Of a DNA stretch of 20,000 bases, positions 1-11,379 are shown in pieces. The stretch's first letter is position 1. Each line of letters begins with the position of its first letter. Below the pieces are notes generated by a model. That model ran no database searches. It saw only the letters and a list, made by a program, of their open reading frames with translations, and was not told the DNA's origin. The DNA comes from Plasmodiophora brassicae. Its lineage: Eukaryota. The stretch spans positions 727,441 to 747,440 of the forward strand of contig CP145426.1 of assembly GCA_036867785.1 (NCBI GenBank). The letters run 5' to 3'. Both the position numbers and the translations under genes were made by a program.

Positions 1-2
1 TG

Positions 3-1007
3 ACGCGTTCGAAACGCGTCACAACGCGGCGCAGGACAACGGAATACGGGACTCGATACCCGACGACAACGAGCGGCCGTCGTCCAGGTCCCCGCGGGGC
101 AACAACGTCGCGTCGTCTGGCGCCCGGGCGTGCAACCTCCCGCCGCCTGCCTCGACAGACGACCCGGCGCGGGACGCCCGGGCTCGCCACCCGACGACGA
201 ACGACGGGTGCCCCGCCCAGGCAAACCGTCGCGATGCCGGGCGTCCGTCCTGCAACGACACTGCAGACGGCTACAGCAGAAACAACAACGACGACGACGA
301 CGACGAGGAAGTCCGTCAAGCGGTTGTTGTTGCTGGAACGTCAGCGCGTCTGACGCATGCCCTGTTGTGTGCAGGGCGGGAACAACGGCACGGCCGATGC
401 CTCCGGTCAAGCTTCCATTGTCGTCCCCACATCGACCGTCGACGGCATCAGGTGCGGGGAAGGCACCCCTGTGGATCGGTCCCATGTACTGAATCGTCGA
501 TGGTTTGCGTCAGGGGCGGCGTCGACGACGACGGGTCGTGAGGGGATCGCCCAGGCGGCTCTGAGCGCCATCAACGCCATGAACGTGTACGTCGTCCTGG
601 GCGCGTCCGCCACGGTCCTGTTCGCGCTGCTGGCCGTGTACGCGTGCGCCGTCACGCGCCTGCGCCACCTGCAGGACCGGCGCCGGGCGTTCATGCACCG
701 GATCCGGGCCGAGGGCATGCTCGACCTGCACGACAACCGCGACAGCATGGTCGGCAACTGGCGGCAGCACCCGAGCCTGTCGCCCAGCCTCAAGGGCAGC
801 CTCGCCCGGCGCCCGAAACCGAACGCGGCCGACCTGCCGACGTCACCCGTTCCTGTCAGCAGCAACAAGCAGGACGACGTCGTCGTCGTCGCGAAAGCGT
901 TCGACATCCCCGATACGTTCCGATCGGCGGCCGCAACGACGTCCCCCCAACACAACGCCGCCTTCGCCATACCGGCCGCCTTCCAGATGCCCAAGCCGCC
1001 ATCATGA
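3..1007 (+). CDS. 5'-partial single-pass (type I) membrane protein with Thr/Arg-rich stalk; exons <3..310, 375..451, 514..1007
   Basis: Introns 311-374 (gtccgt...ctgac...gcag) and 452-513 (gtgcgg...ctgaat...tcag) join three frames into ...ETTTTTTTTRK-AGTTARPMPP...STASG-AASTTTGREG. A hydrophobic segment VYVVLGASATVLFALLAVYACAV follows, then basic residues. Stop TGA at 1005-1007. Confidence 0.65.
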
Positions 1008-1045
1008 CGCGACGCACCAGTTTGAAGGGGAAGGCGATATGTATA

Positions 1046-3307
1046 CTATGCCTGCGACGACAACGACGACGGCGATGGTTCGGTTTGGTTGCCGTCGGCA
1101 GACTTCACAGCAGCAGCGTCCTTGTCGTCGCCGCCGCCCGGTTCCTGCGACAGGGCGGCGGCGCCCTTGTCAGCCTCGGCGACGACGACGACGGCCTGAT
1201 CCGGCGGCGGCTCAGGCACGGGCGGCGCGGGTATCGACGTGCGCTTCGACAGGTTCCTGGACTTGAGGTCGAACGACTGCCCCAGGGACGCCGGCCTGGC
1301 GTGCCCGGCCGGGTCCGTGTCGGCGGGGGCGGCGAACCAGCCGACGACGGAGCCGATCAGCGGCACCGCCCGGATGAGGTCGATGGCGCTGTAGTGCCGC
1401 TGCTGCATCTCCTCCAGGTGCGTCTGCGCCTCGACGATCCCCGTCTGCAGGGCGTCGGACAGCAGGGCGATGACCTCGTCCGGGTAGTCGATCTGGGCCT
1501 GCGTCCGGGCGACCAGGTCGTAGATCGACCTGGCGACCTGGTCGTCGTCGTCGGCCGGGCACGGGTCCGGCACCGTCAGGATGGCGACGCCGACGCACCC
1601 GTCGTCGGTGATGCACCCGCGGAACACGTTCGACAGGTCGAACAGGCGCCGCGCCAGGCAGTCGTTCAGGCCGTTGACGGCGTCGCGCGCGTCGGCGCCG
1701 TCGGGCAGGAACGGCGGCACCAGGCGGATCACGCCGATGCCGACGGGCGACGACGACACGCGGGCGCCGTCGACCCAGTCGAACTCGGCGGACGCGTCGA
1801 CCAGGGCGCGCAGCGCGTCCCGGCAGGCGATGCCGGCCGCCATCCGGTCGACCTGCGCCGACACGCCCGCCAGGAACGCGTCGACGACGGGGAACAGCGC
1901 CGACGCCGACGACGCCGACGCCAGCGGCTGGACGAAGACGACGATGTCGTCGGTGAGGTCGTCGAGCGCGACCGACCAGCCGAGCTGCGCCAGGGCGCCG
2001 GCGACGCGCTCCAGGATGATGCCGTTCAGCGTCGTGCTCCTCAGGGACAGGTCGCCGACGCCGGCCGCGACGACGACCTGGAACGACGGGCGCACGTCGG
2101 TATGCGACGACCAGCGCAGCGCGAACTGGTCGCCGTACGTCGTGGCCGCGCGCATCGCCGCGTACCGCACCTGAACGACGCACCCGGGTCAGGCGACGAC
2201 GACGACGAACGGGCGGCCCAGGCGGACGTACGAGCTCGACGTGCGCGTCGGCGCTGCGTTGCAGGGGGCCGGCCAGGGCGGTGACGGCGATCCAGAGCGG
2301 GGCGGCGACGGTCCAGGGGGCGGCGGCGTCGGCGGCGACGGCGGGCGGCGCGGGTGCGGCGCCGACGCGCACCATGACGACGACCGTGTCGGGGCCGGCG
2401 CCGAACGACTGCCAGTCGCGGCCGGGGCGCACGACGAACGAGTCGGCGGCGTCGAGCGCGGTGACGACGACGTCGGGGCGGTCGTCGGCGGCGGCGAAGC
2501 GCAGGTCGGCGCCGTGCACGTGGATCCAGACGCCGTGCGCGTCGCACAGCGCCTTCAGGCGCACGAGGTCGTCGTCGCGGTGCACGAGGCGCCCGTCCCG
2601 GTTCAGCGTGGTGGGCACGGCGGCGAACACGATCAGCGGCATGGCGCCCTGCGACTCGTCGTCGTCGATGGCGCGCGACAACGCGTCCAGGTCGAGGCCG
2701 GCGACGCCGGTCGTCGTCGCGGGAACCGTGACAGGGACGACCTTGATGCACTTGTCGGGCGGCAGCAGCAGGCGGCGGCAGGCGCGGCGCAGGGCGTCGA
2801 CGTACGGGAACGTGTCGGAGATGTATACGACGGGGAGGCGGTGGGCGCCCAGGCACGGGTACCCCTCGGTGTCGAGCAGCGGGCAGCGCTGGCGCAGCGC
2901 CTGCAGGACGGCGACGTGCAGCATGGCGACCGGGGATTCACCTGGCGCGCGCGTTAGGAACCCGACGACGTGCAGGGCGCAGGTGCGTTCGCGTCTTACA
3001 GATGTGCGCGACGAACGCGTCGTCCAGGTGCAGCAGGTCGTTCATCAGCGCGTTGCACGAGGCCGACATGGCCGACGCCAGGTGCGACAGGGCGGACCAG
3101 CGGTCCCGCAGGCGATACGCGATCCTGGCCGTGCCGGTCGCGTCAGAGCGCCTGTCCGACGACGATCACAACGACGATGTGTGCGAGAGCGTACTGTGCG
3201 GCCGTGACGTCGTCGCCATCGTCAGGGCCGATGTCGAACGCGGCCAGCTCGGCCACGACGTCGGCGTCCGCCACCGCCCAGTGGATCACGCTATCGTCGA
3301 CCACCAT
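1046..3307 (-). CDS. PDXDC1: PDXDC1-like pyridoxal-dependent decarboxylase domain protein, ~699 aa; exons 3307..3195, 3151..3000, 2941..2232, 2170..1046
   Basis: Group II decarboxylase-like core (LDLDALSRAIDDD...PLIVFA...DDLVRLKALCDAHGVWIHVHG...ADSFVVRPG). The C-terminus LIRAVPLIGSVVGWFAAP...GQSFDL resembles the PDXDC1 motif as I recall it (LRQIPVVGSVLNWFSP...GRTFNL). Three GT-AG introns (43, 58, 61 nt) keep the frame. Confidence 0.8.
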
Positions 3308-3508
3308 CGGGGCGGTGCACGCTGCGCCACCGGGGCAGGCGCGTCCTGCGACGTCCACAACCCGTAACCGACCGCGTTTCGGATCTGGACGGCACCGGGC
3401 CCCCACACTGGGACGGTTCGTGGTTGCCGGGAGGAGGCCCCCCGCACCAGGCGATGCCTAAATATAGGCCATGCTGGACCCGCCAACGGCACGTCTGATG
3501 TCGCTTCA

Positions 3509-4468
3509 TTAGCTCTTGGACCTGGTGTTGGCGGTGCTGTCGTCGTGGAGGTAGCGCAGCGCGCCCGTCAGACAGACGCGCCACTTGTTTGTCGCGTACA
3601 GGAGCGCGGCCGTGTTCACGAACACGTCCAGGGCGTACAGCATCGGGACCTTCACGCCCGACTCCGTCGATCCCGAGACGCCCTCGCTGGAGGCTGACAC
3701 GCTGACCAGGACGGCCACCGAGGTCATCGTCGCCACCGAACACGATACCAGGTTGATCTTGGCGGTGCGAACCAGGTCGCGCTGGCGACGGTACCGGTCG
3801 TCGTGCACCGTCGTCGACCCCGTTAGTGTCGATGGGTCTGCTGTCGGCGCCGCCGCCTCCTGATCATGATCGGGAGCGCTGGACACTGCCTGCTGGCTCC
3901 GCGGCTGGATCGCAACGACTTTGCGAGCGAAACGACGTGTGCTGAAGATGTGCTGCAGGACGGTGACTGTGAACATGTACAGGTACGATGTGGACAGCGA
4001 CATGTCCGCGCTCATCCACGCCATAGCCATCAGCCAGTGGACGCTGACTGAGCAGGCCTGCGTGTCGGTCAGGGCGCCTTGCGTGACGACCGCGCCGGCG
4101 ACGAGCAGCGCCAGCGTACTGGCCAGCGTCACCCGGCGGATCCTGTTCCGAAACGTATCGGTGGATTTGTCGCCCAGGTCGGATTTCCCGATCAGGAACG
4201 TGTACACCAGGTACTTGAGGACGATATACGTGCAGGTGGACGTCGTGGCGAACACCTGGCAGGCGCTGGCCGATAGCGTCGTCGTTGTACAGTAGAAGAG
4301 GGCGGACAGCCACCCGACCTGCGACACGAGCAGCACCGTGACAATCTGAATGAGGAACTTCAACGTGCCTTGCGAATAGAGCTGCCAGGCGGACACCATT
4401 GCGACCACGGCGGTTGGCACGACGCTGCCCAGCAGTACGCCGATCACAACAGCGGGCCCGGACGTCAT
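3509..4468 (-). CDS. Seven-transmembrane GPCR-like protein, 319 aa, intronless CDS
   Basis: Seven hydrophobic segments, Cys before TM3 (SASACQVF) and in the second extracellular loop (TQACSV), a long polar third intracellular loop, and TM7 LYALDVFVNTAALLY. Confidence 0.75.
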   Translation of the reverse strand: MTSGPAVVIGVLLGSVVPTAVVAMVSAWQLYSQGTLKFLIQIVTVLLVSQVGWLSALFYCTTTTLSASACQVFATTSTCTYIVLKYLVYTFLIGKSDLGDKSTDTFRNRIRRVTLASTLALLVAGAVVTQGALTDTQACSVSVHWLMAMAWMSADMSLSTSYLYMFTVTVLQHIFSTRRFARKVVAIQPRSQQAVSSAPDHDQEAAAPTADPSTLTGSTTVHDDRYRRQRDLVRTAKINLVSCSVATMTSVAVLVSVSASSEGVSGSTESGVKVPMLYALDVFVNTAALLYATNKWRVCLTGALRYLHDDSTANTRSKS

Positions 4469-4710
4469 CGCCTACCGTACGTTCGCGCTTCGTGGCGCGC
4501 CTGACTGGTGAAGATGCCTCAGGGACTACGTCCGGTAGAGAGGAGCCGTAATTGGTGGTCCACTATGTAACTGTGTGCCAGCAGCTGTTTGGGATATGGC
4601 GCCGCAAGAGTACGCCATGACGTAATAAACCACCTGTGACTGCGAGGCCAGCAAGGCTATCGTCTCTGCTGACCCGTCTCCCATCGGCAGAATTCGGACC
4701 GAGACGAGGC

Positions 4711-6756
4711 ATGACGACGCTGCTGCCACAGAGCGCCGGCTGGATGGTCGTCATCGTCTTCTCGGTGACGTTCGGCGTCCTGACCATCGCAATCGTGAAA
4801 ATCCAAGAGGTGATTGTCGGGCGGCCGCAAAGCTTCGACGTCTTCAATGTGGCGGGTCGAGCGGCAGGCATCGGCCTTAGCGCCTCTGTCGTCGTCTGCA
4901 AGTGGACGTGGGCGGCCACCCTCCTGCAGAGCTCGACGGTGACCTGGAAGTACGGACTGTCGGGGGCGTACTGGTATGCGGCCGGCGCCGCCATCCAGAT
5001 CACGCTGTTCGCCGCCGTGGCCGTCAAGGTCAAGGAGCGTGCGCCGAACGCCCACACCGTCCTGGAAATCGTTCGGGCACGATGGGGAACCGCGGCGCAC
5101 CTCGTGTTTCTCGTGTTCGCCCTGATGACGAACCTGATCGTGACCGGCATGCTGCTGCTGGGCGGGTCTGCGGTCGTCAACGCCGTCTGCGGCATGCCGC
5201 TCGAGGCGGCAGCCTTCCTGATCCCGATCGGCGTGACGGCCTACACATTAGTCGGAGGCCTGCGCGCCACCTTCATCGCCGGGTACCTGCAGAGCGCCAT
5301 CATTTTCATCATGCTGACCGCCTTCGTACTCGTTGTGAGTCATTCTCATATTGGCGTACGAATGGTGGCGTGGCGGGATTGCACGTTGACCGCCCAGCAC
5401 GCACAGGTCTACACTGGCGAAACGATCGGGGGCGCCGCTGGCATGTACGACAAGGTGGCCGCGCTGCAGCCGGATCCTATCGCCAGCACATTCCTCCAAG
5501 GCAACGCTGGCAATTCCTACCTGACGGTAACCCATATTCACGCTTCCCGGCAACCCCGCATGTCCCCCGTCTGATCAGCGCTTTGCACGTGCCAGATGTC
5601 GAGCACGAACGGGCTCATGTTCGGCGTGATCAACGTAGTCGGCAATTTCGGGGCGGTCTTCATGGACAGCTCGTACTGGTCGTCGGCGATGGCGGCCGAC
5701 TCGAGCCGCACCGCATCGGTATCGTTCCTGGTGGCCAGCGTATACTGGTTCTCGATTCCGCTGGCCATGGCCACCAGCCTCGGGTTGGCATCACGCGCTC
5801 TGCAACTGCCGATGACGGTCGACCAAGTCGACTCAGGGCTGGCGCCCGCGTTCGCTGCCATCTTCCTGCTTGGCCGGTCGGGCGGCTGGATGATCCTCAT
5901 CATCGTGTTCGCGGCAGTCGCCAGCACCGGTGCCGCCGAGCTCATGGCCGTCTCGTCCGTGATCACGTACGACGTGTACAAGGCGTACGTGAACCCGGCG
6001 GCCACCTCCGAGCGGCTCCTGCAGGTCTCCAAGGCATCCTGCGCCGTGTTCGGCGCCCTGATGGGCGTCTTCGGCCTTGTCCTGAACGAGACCGGCGTCA
6101 GCCTGTCCTACGTGTACCTCGGCATGGGCATCTGTATCGGGTCGGCCGTGGCACCCGTCGTCTGCGCGATCCTCTGGCGCCAGTGTACGGGCCTGGCCGC
6201 CGTCTGCGCCGCCGTCGCCGGCCTCGTGCTGGCCGTCGCCAGCTGGATCTGGACCGCCCACGCCGTCTATGGGACCGTGAACCTGCAGACCACCGGTGCC
6301 GACTACCCGATGCTGGTCGGCAACGTGGTCGCCCTGGTATCGTCGACGGTGTTGACGGTGGCCTTGACACTGATCCGGCCCGATCCCGGAACGGACTGGT
6401 CGTCCACGATGAGTATCGCGGACACGGCGGACGACGACGTTCAGCGTCGCGACAACTCGGGAACCGACGTCGCTGCCGACGATCGGGCGTGGATGGCGCC
6501 GACGTCGACTGCGGGCGTCGAAGACTTTCGACAGGAATGGGTGCGGTCGGTGCGATGGTCAGCCTTCATCACGTTCGTGATGGTGCTGGGCGTGCCTATC
6601 CCGTTGTACCTGGCCGACTGGGTCTTCACGAAACCATTCTTCATCGCATGGATCGTGACGACGTGCCTGTGCGCCATCGCGTCTGCCCTGCTTGTCATTG
6701 GCATCCCTCTCTGGGACTGCTACCGCCTGATCAGCCGAATCTCGACGGACCTCTAG
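4711..6756 (+). CDS. DUR3: DUR3-like urea active transporter (sodium:solute symporter family), ~634 aa; exons 4711..5334, 5407..5526, 5596..6756
   Basis: DUR3-family motifs LPQSAGW, WTWAATLLQSS, YGLSGAYWYAAGA, APNAHTVLEIVRARWG, YTLVGGLRATF, GNAGNSYLT|MSS, NVVGNFGAVFMD, AELMAVSSVITYDVYKAYVNP. Introns 5335-5406 (gtgagt...cag) and 5527-5595 (gtaacc...cag). Confidence 0.92.
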
Positions 6757-6900
6757 CCGTCGTCGCGCGTCCTCGTGTATGTACCCAGAACCAGATGTTT
6801 ACCGCTGGCCTCCCGACCCGGCCACGGCTTGAACGTACATACATAACGGAAACTGGCACGAATCTGGTCATCGGTCAAGCCAGTCGCTACAAGATAGGAG

Positions 6901-7461
6901 TTATAACGCCCAGCCATCATTGCCCTTGCCACCATTTATCCACACCGATAGGCGTGGCTCCCGTAGAAGAGAGACATCGCCGGTACGGGTGGCGACCCTG
7001 TGACCTGTGTCGGCTCTGATTTGACATAGGAAGTCCCATCCAATATGATGTCCGGGGCAAGCCGTATTTGTGACCGCTTGCGGGCGAATCAAGATGTCGA
7101 TCCATAGCTGGGGACCGCCATCTGGTGCGCGGGCGTGGACCTGGCCACCTGCAAGCATATTGTAAAACAAGGCGTTGATTGCGACATCGAGCCACCGTCG
7201 GCGCCCAAATGAAAAAGTACCGTTACAAAGGGCAACACAAGTAAGAGGCAGGTGGGCTATTTGCATTACCATGCGTCTCACCGCTCTTCGCGTATCGCGA
7301 AGAATGTCTCGCAACTTGTCCAGGTATGCTGATTTCACGAAGTCAAAAGCAGTGCGCAAAATGCCACGCGTGTCCTGCTTTGGCGCAGCCGCGCGCTGAA
7401 CCATGGATGACGTCACAGGGCGTCTCGTTGTGGAGAAGCCGGTGACCTGATGATCAACCAA
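6901..7461 (-). CDS. Hypothetical ORF or gene remnant of unknown function
   Basis: 186-codon ORF in lower-GC sequence, where long chance ORFs are less common. Non-ATG start (first ATG internal) and no recognisable motif. Confidence 0.25.
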   Translation of the reverse strand: MVDHQVTGFSTTRRPVTSSMVQRAAAPKQDTRGILRTAFDFVKSAYLDKLRDILRDTRRAVRRMVMQIAHLPLTCVALCNGTFSFGRRRWLDVAINALFYNMLAGGQVHARAPDGGPQLWIDILIRPQAVTNTACPGHHIGWDFLCQIRADTGHRVATRTGDVSLLREPRLSVWINGGKGNDGWAL

Positions 7462-7519
7462 GGCTATACGGCGGGCTTCATTACTGCCCGTGTCCTGCCA
7501 TGGTCAGAGCGCGATGCGT

Positions 7520-7850
7520 CGGCGACGGCAGCTGCCGGTCGCCAGCACCGCCGCAACGACGCCCAACATGGCCGCCCGGCATGCCGTTGTGTTCGGCATC
7601 ACACGGAGCAGGCCATTTGCGATCCTGACACGCCTGCCTTCCCTGCCTGCACCTGCGCCGGCGTCGCCGCCGACCAGCGGCACGGGCCAGCGGACCCACA
7701 CCACAACACGTCCTGCTGGACATTCGCATCCACGACCATAACATGTCCTGCTGGAATATGCCTGCCGTTGCGTCCGGCTGTCTGGAAGGACGCCTTACAC
7801 CTCCAGGAAAGGTACGATTGGTCACCTGATCAACAGACCGGCCAGGTCCA
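7520..7850 (+). pseudogene. Subtelomeric family X remnant, copy 1 (boundaries approximate)
   Basis: 7634-7675 (ctgccttccctgcctgcacctgcgccggcgtcgccgccgacc) aligns with 12980-13020 and 14418-14459. cacctccaggaaaggtacga (~7797-7817) aligns with cacctcgaggacaggtacga (~12260-12279). Confidence 0.55.
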
Positions 7851-7909
7851 CTAACTCGTGGCGACAGGGCATGCCTGCCGTCGTCTGCGGTCCATCATCC
7901 AGAATGAAC

Positions 7910-8194
7910 TGGACCACGTTCGGCCATACCGTGCCGTGCACGAACTTGGCCGGTATCATTACTTGCAGCAGCAAAGTTCAAGGGCATCGGCCAGGAAGCG
8001 CTGCGGAAAATGTGGCACAATTCGGAAAGCGGTCATCGAATGCGAGCCTCTCTGGTTCGCCATTGGTTGGGCTGGCATTTTCGAAGGGATTAATGTCGAA
8101 ATCCGCATGTCTGATTCCACGATGACAATGGACGACGTCCTTAGCCACTTGGACCACGTTCGGCCATACCGTTCCGTGCACGAACTTGGCCGGT
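7910..8194 (+). repeat. 45-bp direct repeat pair, 7910-7954 and 8150-8194
   Basis: tggaccacgttcggccataccgt(g/t)ccgtgcacgaacttggccggt occurs twice, 240 bp apart, with one mismatch. Confidence 0.95.
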
Positions 8195-9200
8195 CAGCAA
8201 ATGTATTTTATTACCCACTTAATATTTGCATTGAGCAAATGGGCGGCTTGTCGCCTCGACCCACAACTGTTTCCCGAGGAATTGACCGCTCTCTTACTCA
8301 GCGGCATCCCCACCATGTGCAAGTGGTCCGCGTCGCTCGAACTGGTGAGTGAGATCGCACACTACTTGCGAATTCTGCGGGTCCCGAGCCACCATAGATC
8401 GCTGAGAAAGTGTGTCTCGTACCTCCTCGACAAAGAGGTGAAGGGCTCGGGCGGCTGCATGCCCAAAGGCAAGCATGTCAAGTCGACGTTCTATTTGCGC
8501 GCGATGCCAATCGATATATACGTCTATGGCGGGGCTGCTCAGTTTGGTGAACAATTGGGTGCGAACGCCCGGAAAACGTACTGGTACCAAGAAGGCTACG
8601 GTTTCCCGGCGTTCGTATCCGGTTGTTCATCGAACTGCGTCTCTAGCAGCCCTACCACTGACGTGCATATCGATTGGTATCGCAACTAGAACGTCGACTT
8701 GACATGCTTGCCTTTGGGGATCCAGCCGTCCGAGCCCTTCACCTCTTTGCCGAGGAGGTACGAGACACACTTTCTCAGCGATCTATGGTGGCTCGGGAAT
8801 TCGCAAGGAGTGTGCGATCTCACCCACCAGTTCGAGCGACTCGGACCACTTGCACATGGTGGGGATGCTGAGCAAGAGAGCGGCCAATTCCTCGGGAAAC
8901 AGTTGTGAATCGAGGCGACAAGCCGCCCATTTGCTTAATGCAAATATTAAATGGGTTATAAAATACATTTGCTGACCGGCCAAGTTCGTCCACGGAACGG
9001 CCGGTATGATCGAACGTGGTCCAAGTGACTAAGGACGTCGTCCATCGTCATCGTGGAATCAGACATGCGGATTTCGACATTAATCCCTTCGAAAATGCCA
9101 GCCCAAACAAGGGCGAACCAGAGAGGCTCGTATTCGATGACCGCTTTCCGAATTGTGCCACATTTTCCGCAGCGCTTCCTGGCTGATGCCCTTGAACTTT
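7973..9200. repeat. ~1.23 kb imperfect spacer-less palindrome (fold-back inverted duplication), centre at 8585/8586
   Basis: 7973 aaagttcaagggcatc... is the reverse complement of ...gatgcccttgaacttt 9200. The match continues inward to tggt|acca. The same peptides appear on both strands (ORFs 8186..8689+ and 8783..8983-; 7858..8352+ and 8956..9303-). Confidence 0.97.
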
Positions 9201-9401
9201 TCTGGTAGGGCCACAGGTCGGGCATACCATGTACGGTTCGTACGGAATGCCACAGCCGGGAGCAAACGCGAAAAGACTTGCCAGGTGGTGCTGAGCCAGA
9301 CATTGACGGAGTTCATCAGCTTTAATTTGTCGGGCCCACGTCTCGGGATCTGGCTGAGTCACAGCATTCATGTAAACGAACTCGGAGCGCCTCGTCGACA
9401 A
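8586..9401 (-). pseudogene. Frameshifted gene remnant with paired CxxC motifs and a helical domain (mirror copy at ~7973-8585, + strand)
   Basis: Reading across frameshifts gives CPTC...RCGKCG...EPLWFALVWAGIF...YFITHLIFALSKW...LFPEEL...LELVGEIAH. Both arms carry frameshifts. Confidence 0.6.
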
Positions 9402-10376
9402 TACAGGACTTCTGATTGTTTATTGTGGGAACAAACAAAGCTGGAGGTCGCCCGGCGAGGCTGTTATGCAGCGCCGGGTCGTCAGCGATACCGGTCGCCC
9501 GAGCACTTGGTGATGGTACGCACTGCGCCGCTCAGCCAGATACGGCGAGCGGCGCGGTGCTCGACGCGCTTTACGCGGGCCCGGCCAGCGCCCCGACGCC
9601 CTGGACCGAAATCGACAACGGCGCGCCGTGCAGGCACTTGGCAACGGTCGCCCGAATCACCGTGCCCAGCACGTGCATCCACCGGCGCCGGCGCCCGCCG
9701 CCGATCGAGGTCGCGATATCGTCCTCTCCTGCGTGACGACCTGCATGGCGAGACAGGCAAGATGTGCAACACCACAGGCATGTACGGCGTTGTACGTAGC
9801 ACGCACGTACGACACCTGGTGGCGCCCGAATTCCAGCAAGCCTCTCGGGTTCACTGTGGCTAGGTGCGCCGCCGGACCAGAACTGTCGCGACTCGACACC
9901 GATCGTGAACGGGCCTCGTGTGATTGTTCTGTAGAAGGGCGGTTTCCGTGGTGGCAAGTCCATATACGACCCTCCCAGGTCTGTTCACAAGCATCGAATG
10001 AAGGTGGACGTCGGCCATCGTGAAGCAGGCGCTGACCCCGTGCGCTGTGGGCAACGTTGGCGCGCGATCAACGATCCGACGACGCTGACGGCCGCCACGT
10101 AGCCCACTGCAACGTCGTAGACGGTCGTCCAATATGCCGATGTGTGTTCGGCATCGCAGGTGTCGACCCCCTGCTGCCAACACGAGATGGTGGACGCGAT
10201 CTGATTCGTGTCCTACCGTTGATCGGACGCCCTGTACTTGCAGGTCAGGTGCGATTCGTCGCCTGATGTAAGTCTCCCAAGATCTCTGACATTCTCGACA
10301 GGACGCGCCTGCCGTCGGCGCAGGTCGGACATGAATCCCCTGGGCACCGGCAGGGCTCCCATACCGATGACGATCA

Positions 10377-11257
10377 GTGGCTGACATTCAGTTCGTCCTG
10401 GATGACATCGACGATGCTGTGGCGATGTTGCCAATAACCCTCCCGAATCGTTGCAGTCCGGGTCGACCTTCAGGCGATTGCAAGCTGCTTCCAACATTGC
10501 AGTCAGGTACGTCGCCCTTCGTTTCCCTTTGCCAGCGATTTTCCCAAGGTGTTTGCAGGTCGTTTCCATATCATGACGGTAGCTGTATCACCATCCTCCG
10601 ACTGCTGCCGACGATGCGTGCCGGCTCATGCGGGCGGCGTGCCGTCAATGCGTTTCGCCACCTGCATATCAGCGTGCTGGCCATCGCATGTGACGTCAGG
10701 CACGTCGCCGTCGCCAGAACGCTGCTGAGCGACAGCAGGAACGACCCGACGCGGATCGAAACGTATCACTGGGTATCGTGGCGCGACGTGGCCCTGTTGG
10801 CATCGTCCGGCTGCTGGTCGGCGACGCTCGCCTCGTGCGCGCCCTGGATTGCCCCGGCCTCCTCGTGGCCTGCAATTGTTCGGCCATTTCAACATCGTCG
10901 ACAGTACCCTGGTGAGTGTTCGCGACGATTTCACATTGCCTCGTGGACCGGCGCTAAAGGTCGCTATCAGGAACGGCAACCTGAGCGTCCTCAATGCCCT
11001 ACTAATTGCCGATGCCCAACTGGACTTACGCGGTGACGTCGATATCGCCCTGCTCTCCGCCGGTCGCTCCAATTCCGATGCAGGCGTCGCTCAGCGGCCA
11101 TTGTGACGTTGTGCGGCTACTGACCGACGGAACGCGAGTTACGGACCGAGCAACACTTCTCAGGGCCATCACGGTCGCCAACGCGCGTCGTCTTACCGGT
11201 GTCGCTGACCTGCTCGTCGGAAAATGGCGGGACCAACGTGCCATCATTCACACATAG
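10377..11257 (+). pseudogene. Ankyrin-repeat protein, probably a frameshifted pseudogene
   Basis: Ankyrin-like units in three different frames: LAIACDVRHVAVARTLLSD, ALKVAIRNGNLSVLNALL, QASLSGHCDVVRLLTDG, plus a terminal LLRAITVANARRLTGVADLL. Confidence 0.7.
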
Positions 11258-11379
11258 CGGTGCTTTGAGGAGGGGCTGGTGCGCGTCCATTCGTGTGCCT
11301 CATGGTCGGCATGACGCCTGTTGGCACGTGCCGCAACGTGACGTTCGCATGCCATTTCGATCGGCGTCTCGAGCAGATC

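Noticed and set aside
357-513. N-terminus of ORF 357..1007 as a real start
   Set aside because: It begins inside a predicted intron. The spliced model gives a more coherent Thr-rich stalk.
644-3461. Long + strand ORFs (644..2284, 2241..2957, 2281..3207) and alternative-frame minus ORFs
   Set aside because: Antisense or off-frame shadows of the GC3-rich PDXDC1-like gene, with Arg/Gly-rich non-protein-like composition.
4902-7019. 705-aa + strand ORF
   Set aside because: Off-frame shadow overlapping the clearly recognisable DUR3 gene.
9416-10370. Several overlapping ORFs, including a hydrophobic minus-strand stretch (YWTTVYDVAVGYVAAVSVVGSLIAR)
   Set aside because: Possibly a decayed membrane-protein gene, but I could not build a consistent model or find a motif.
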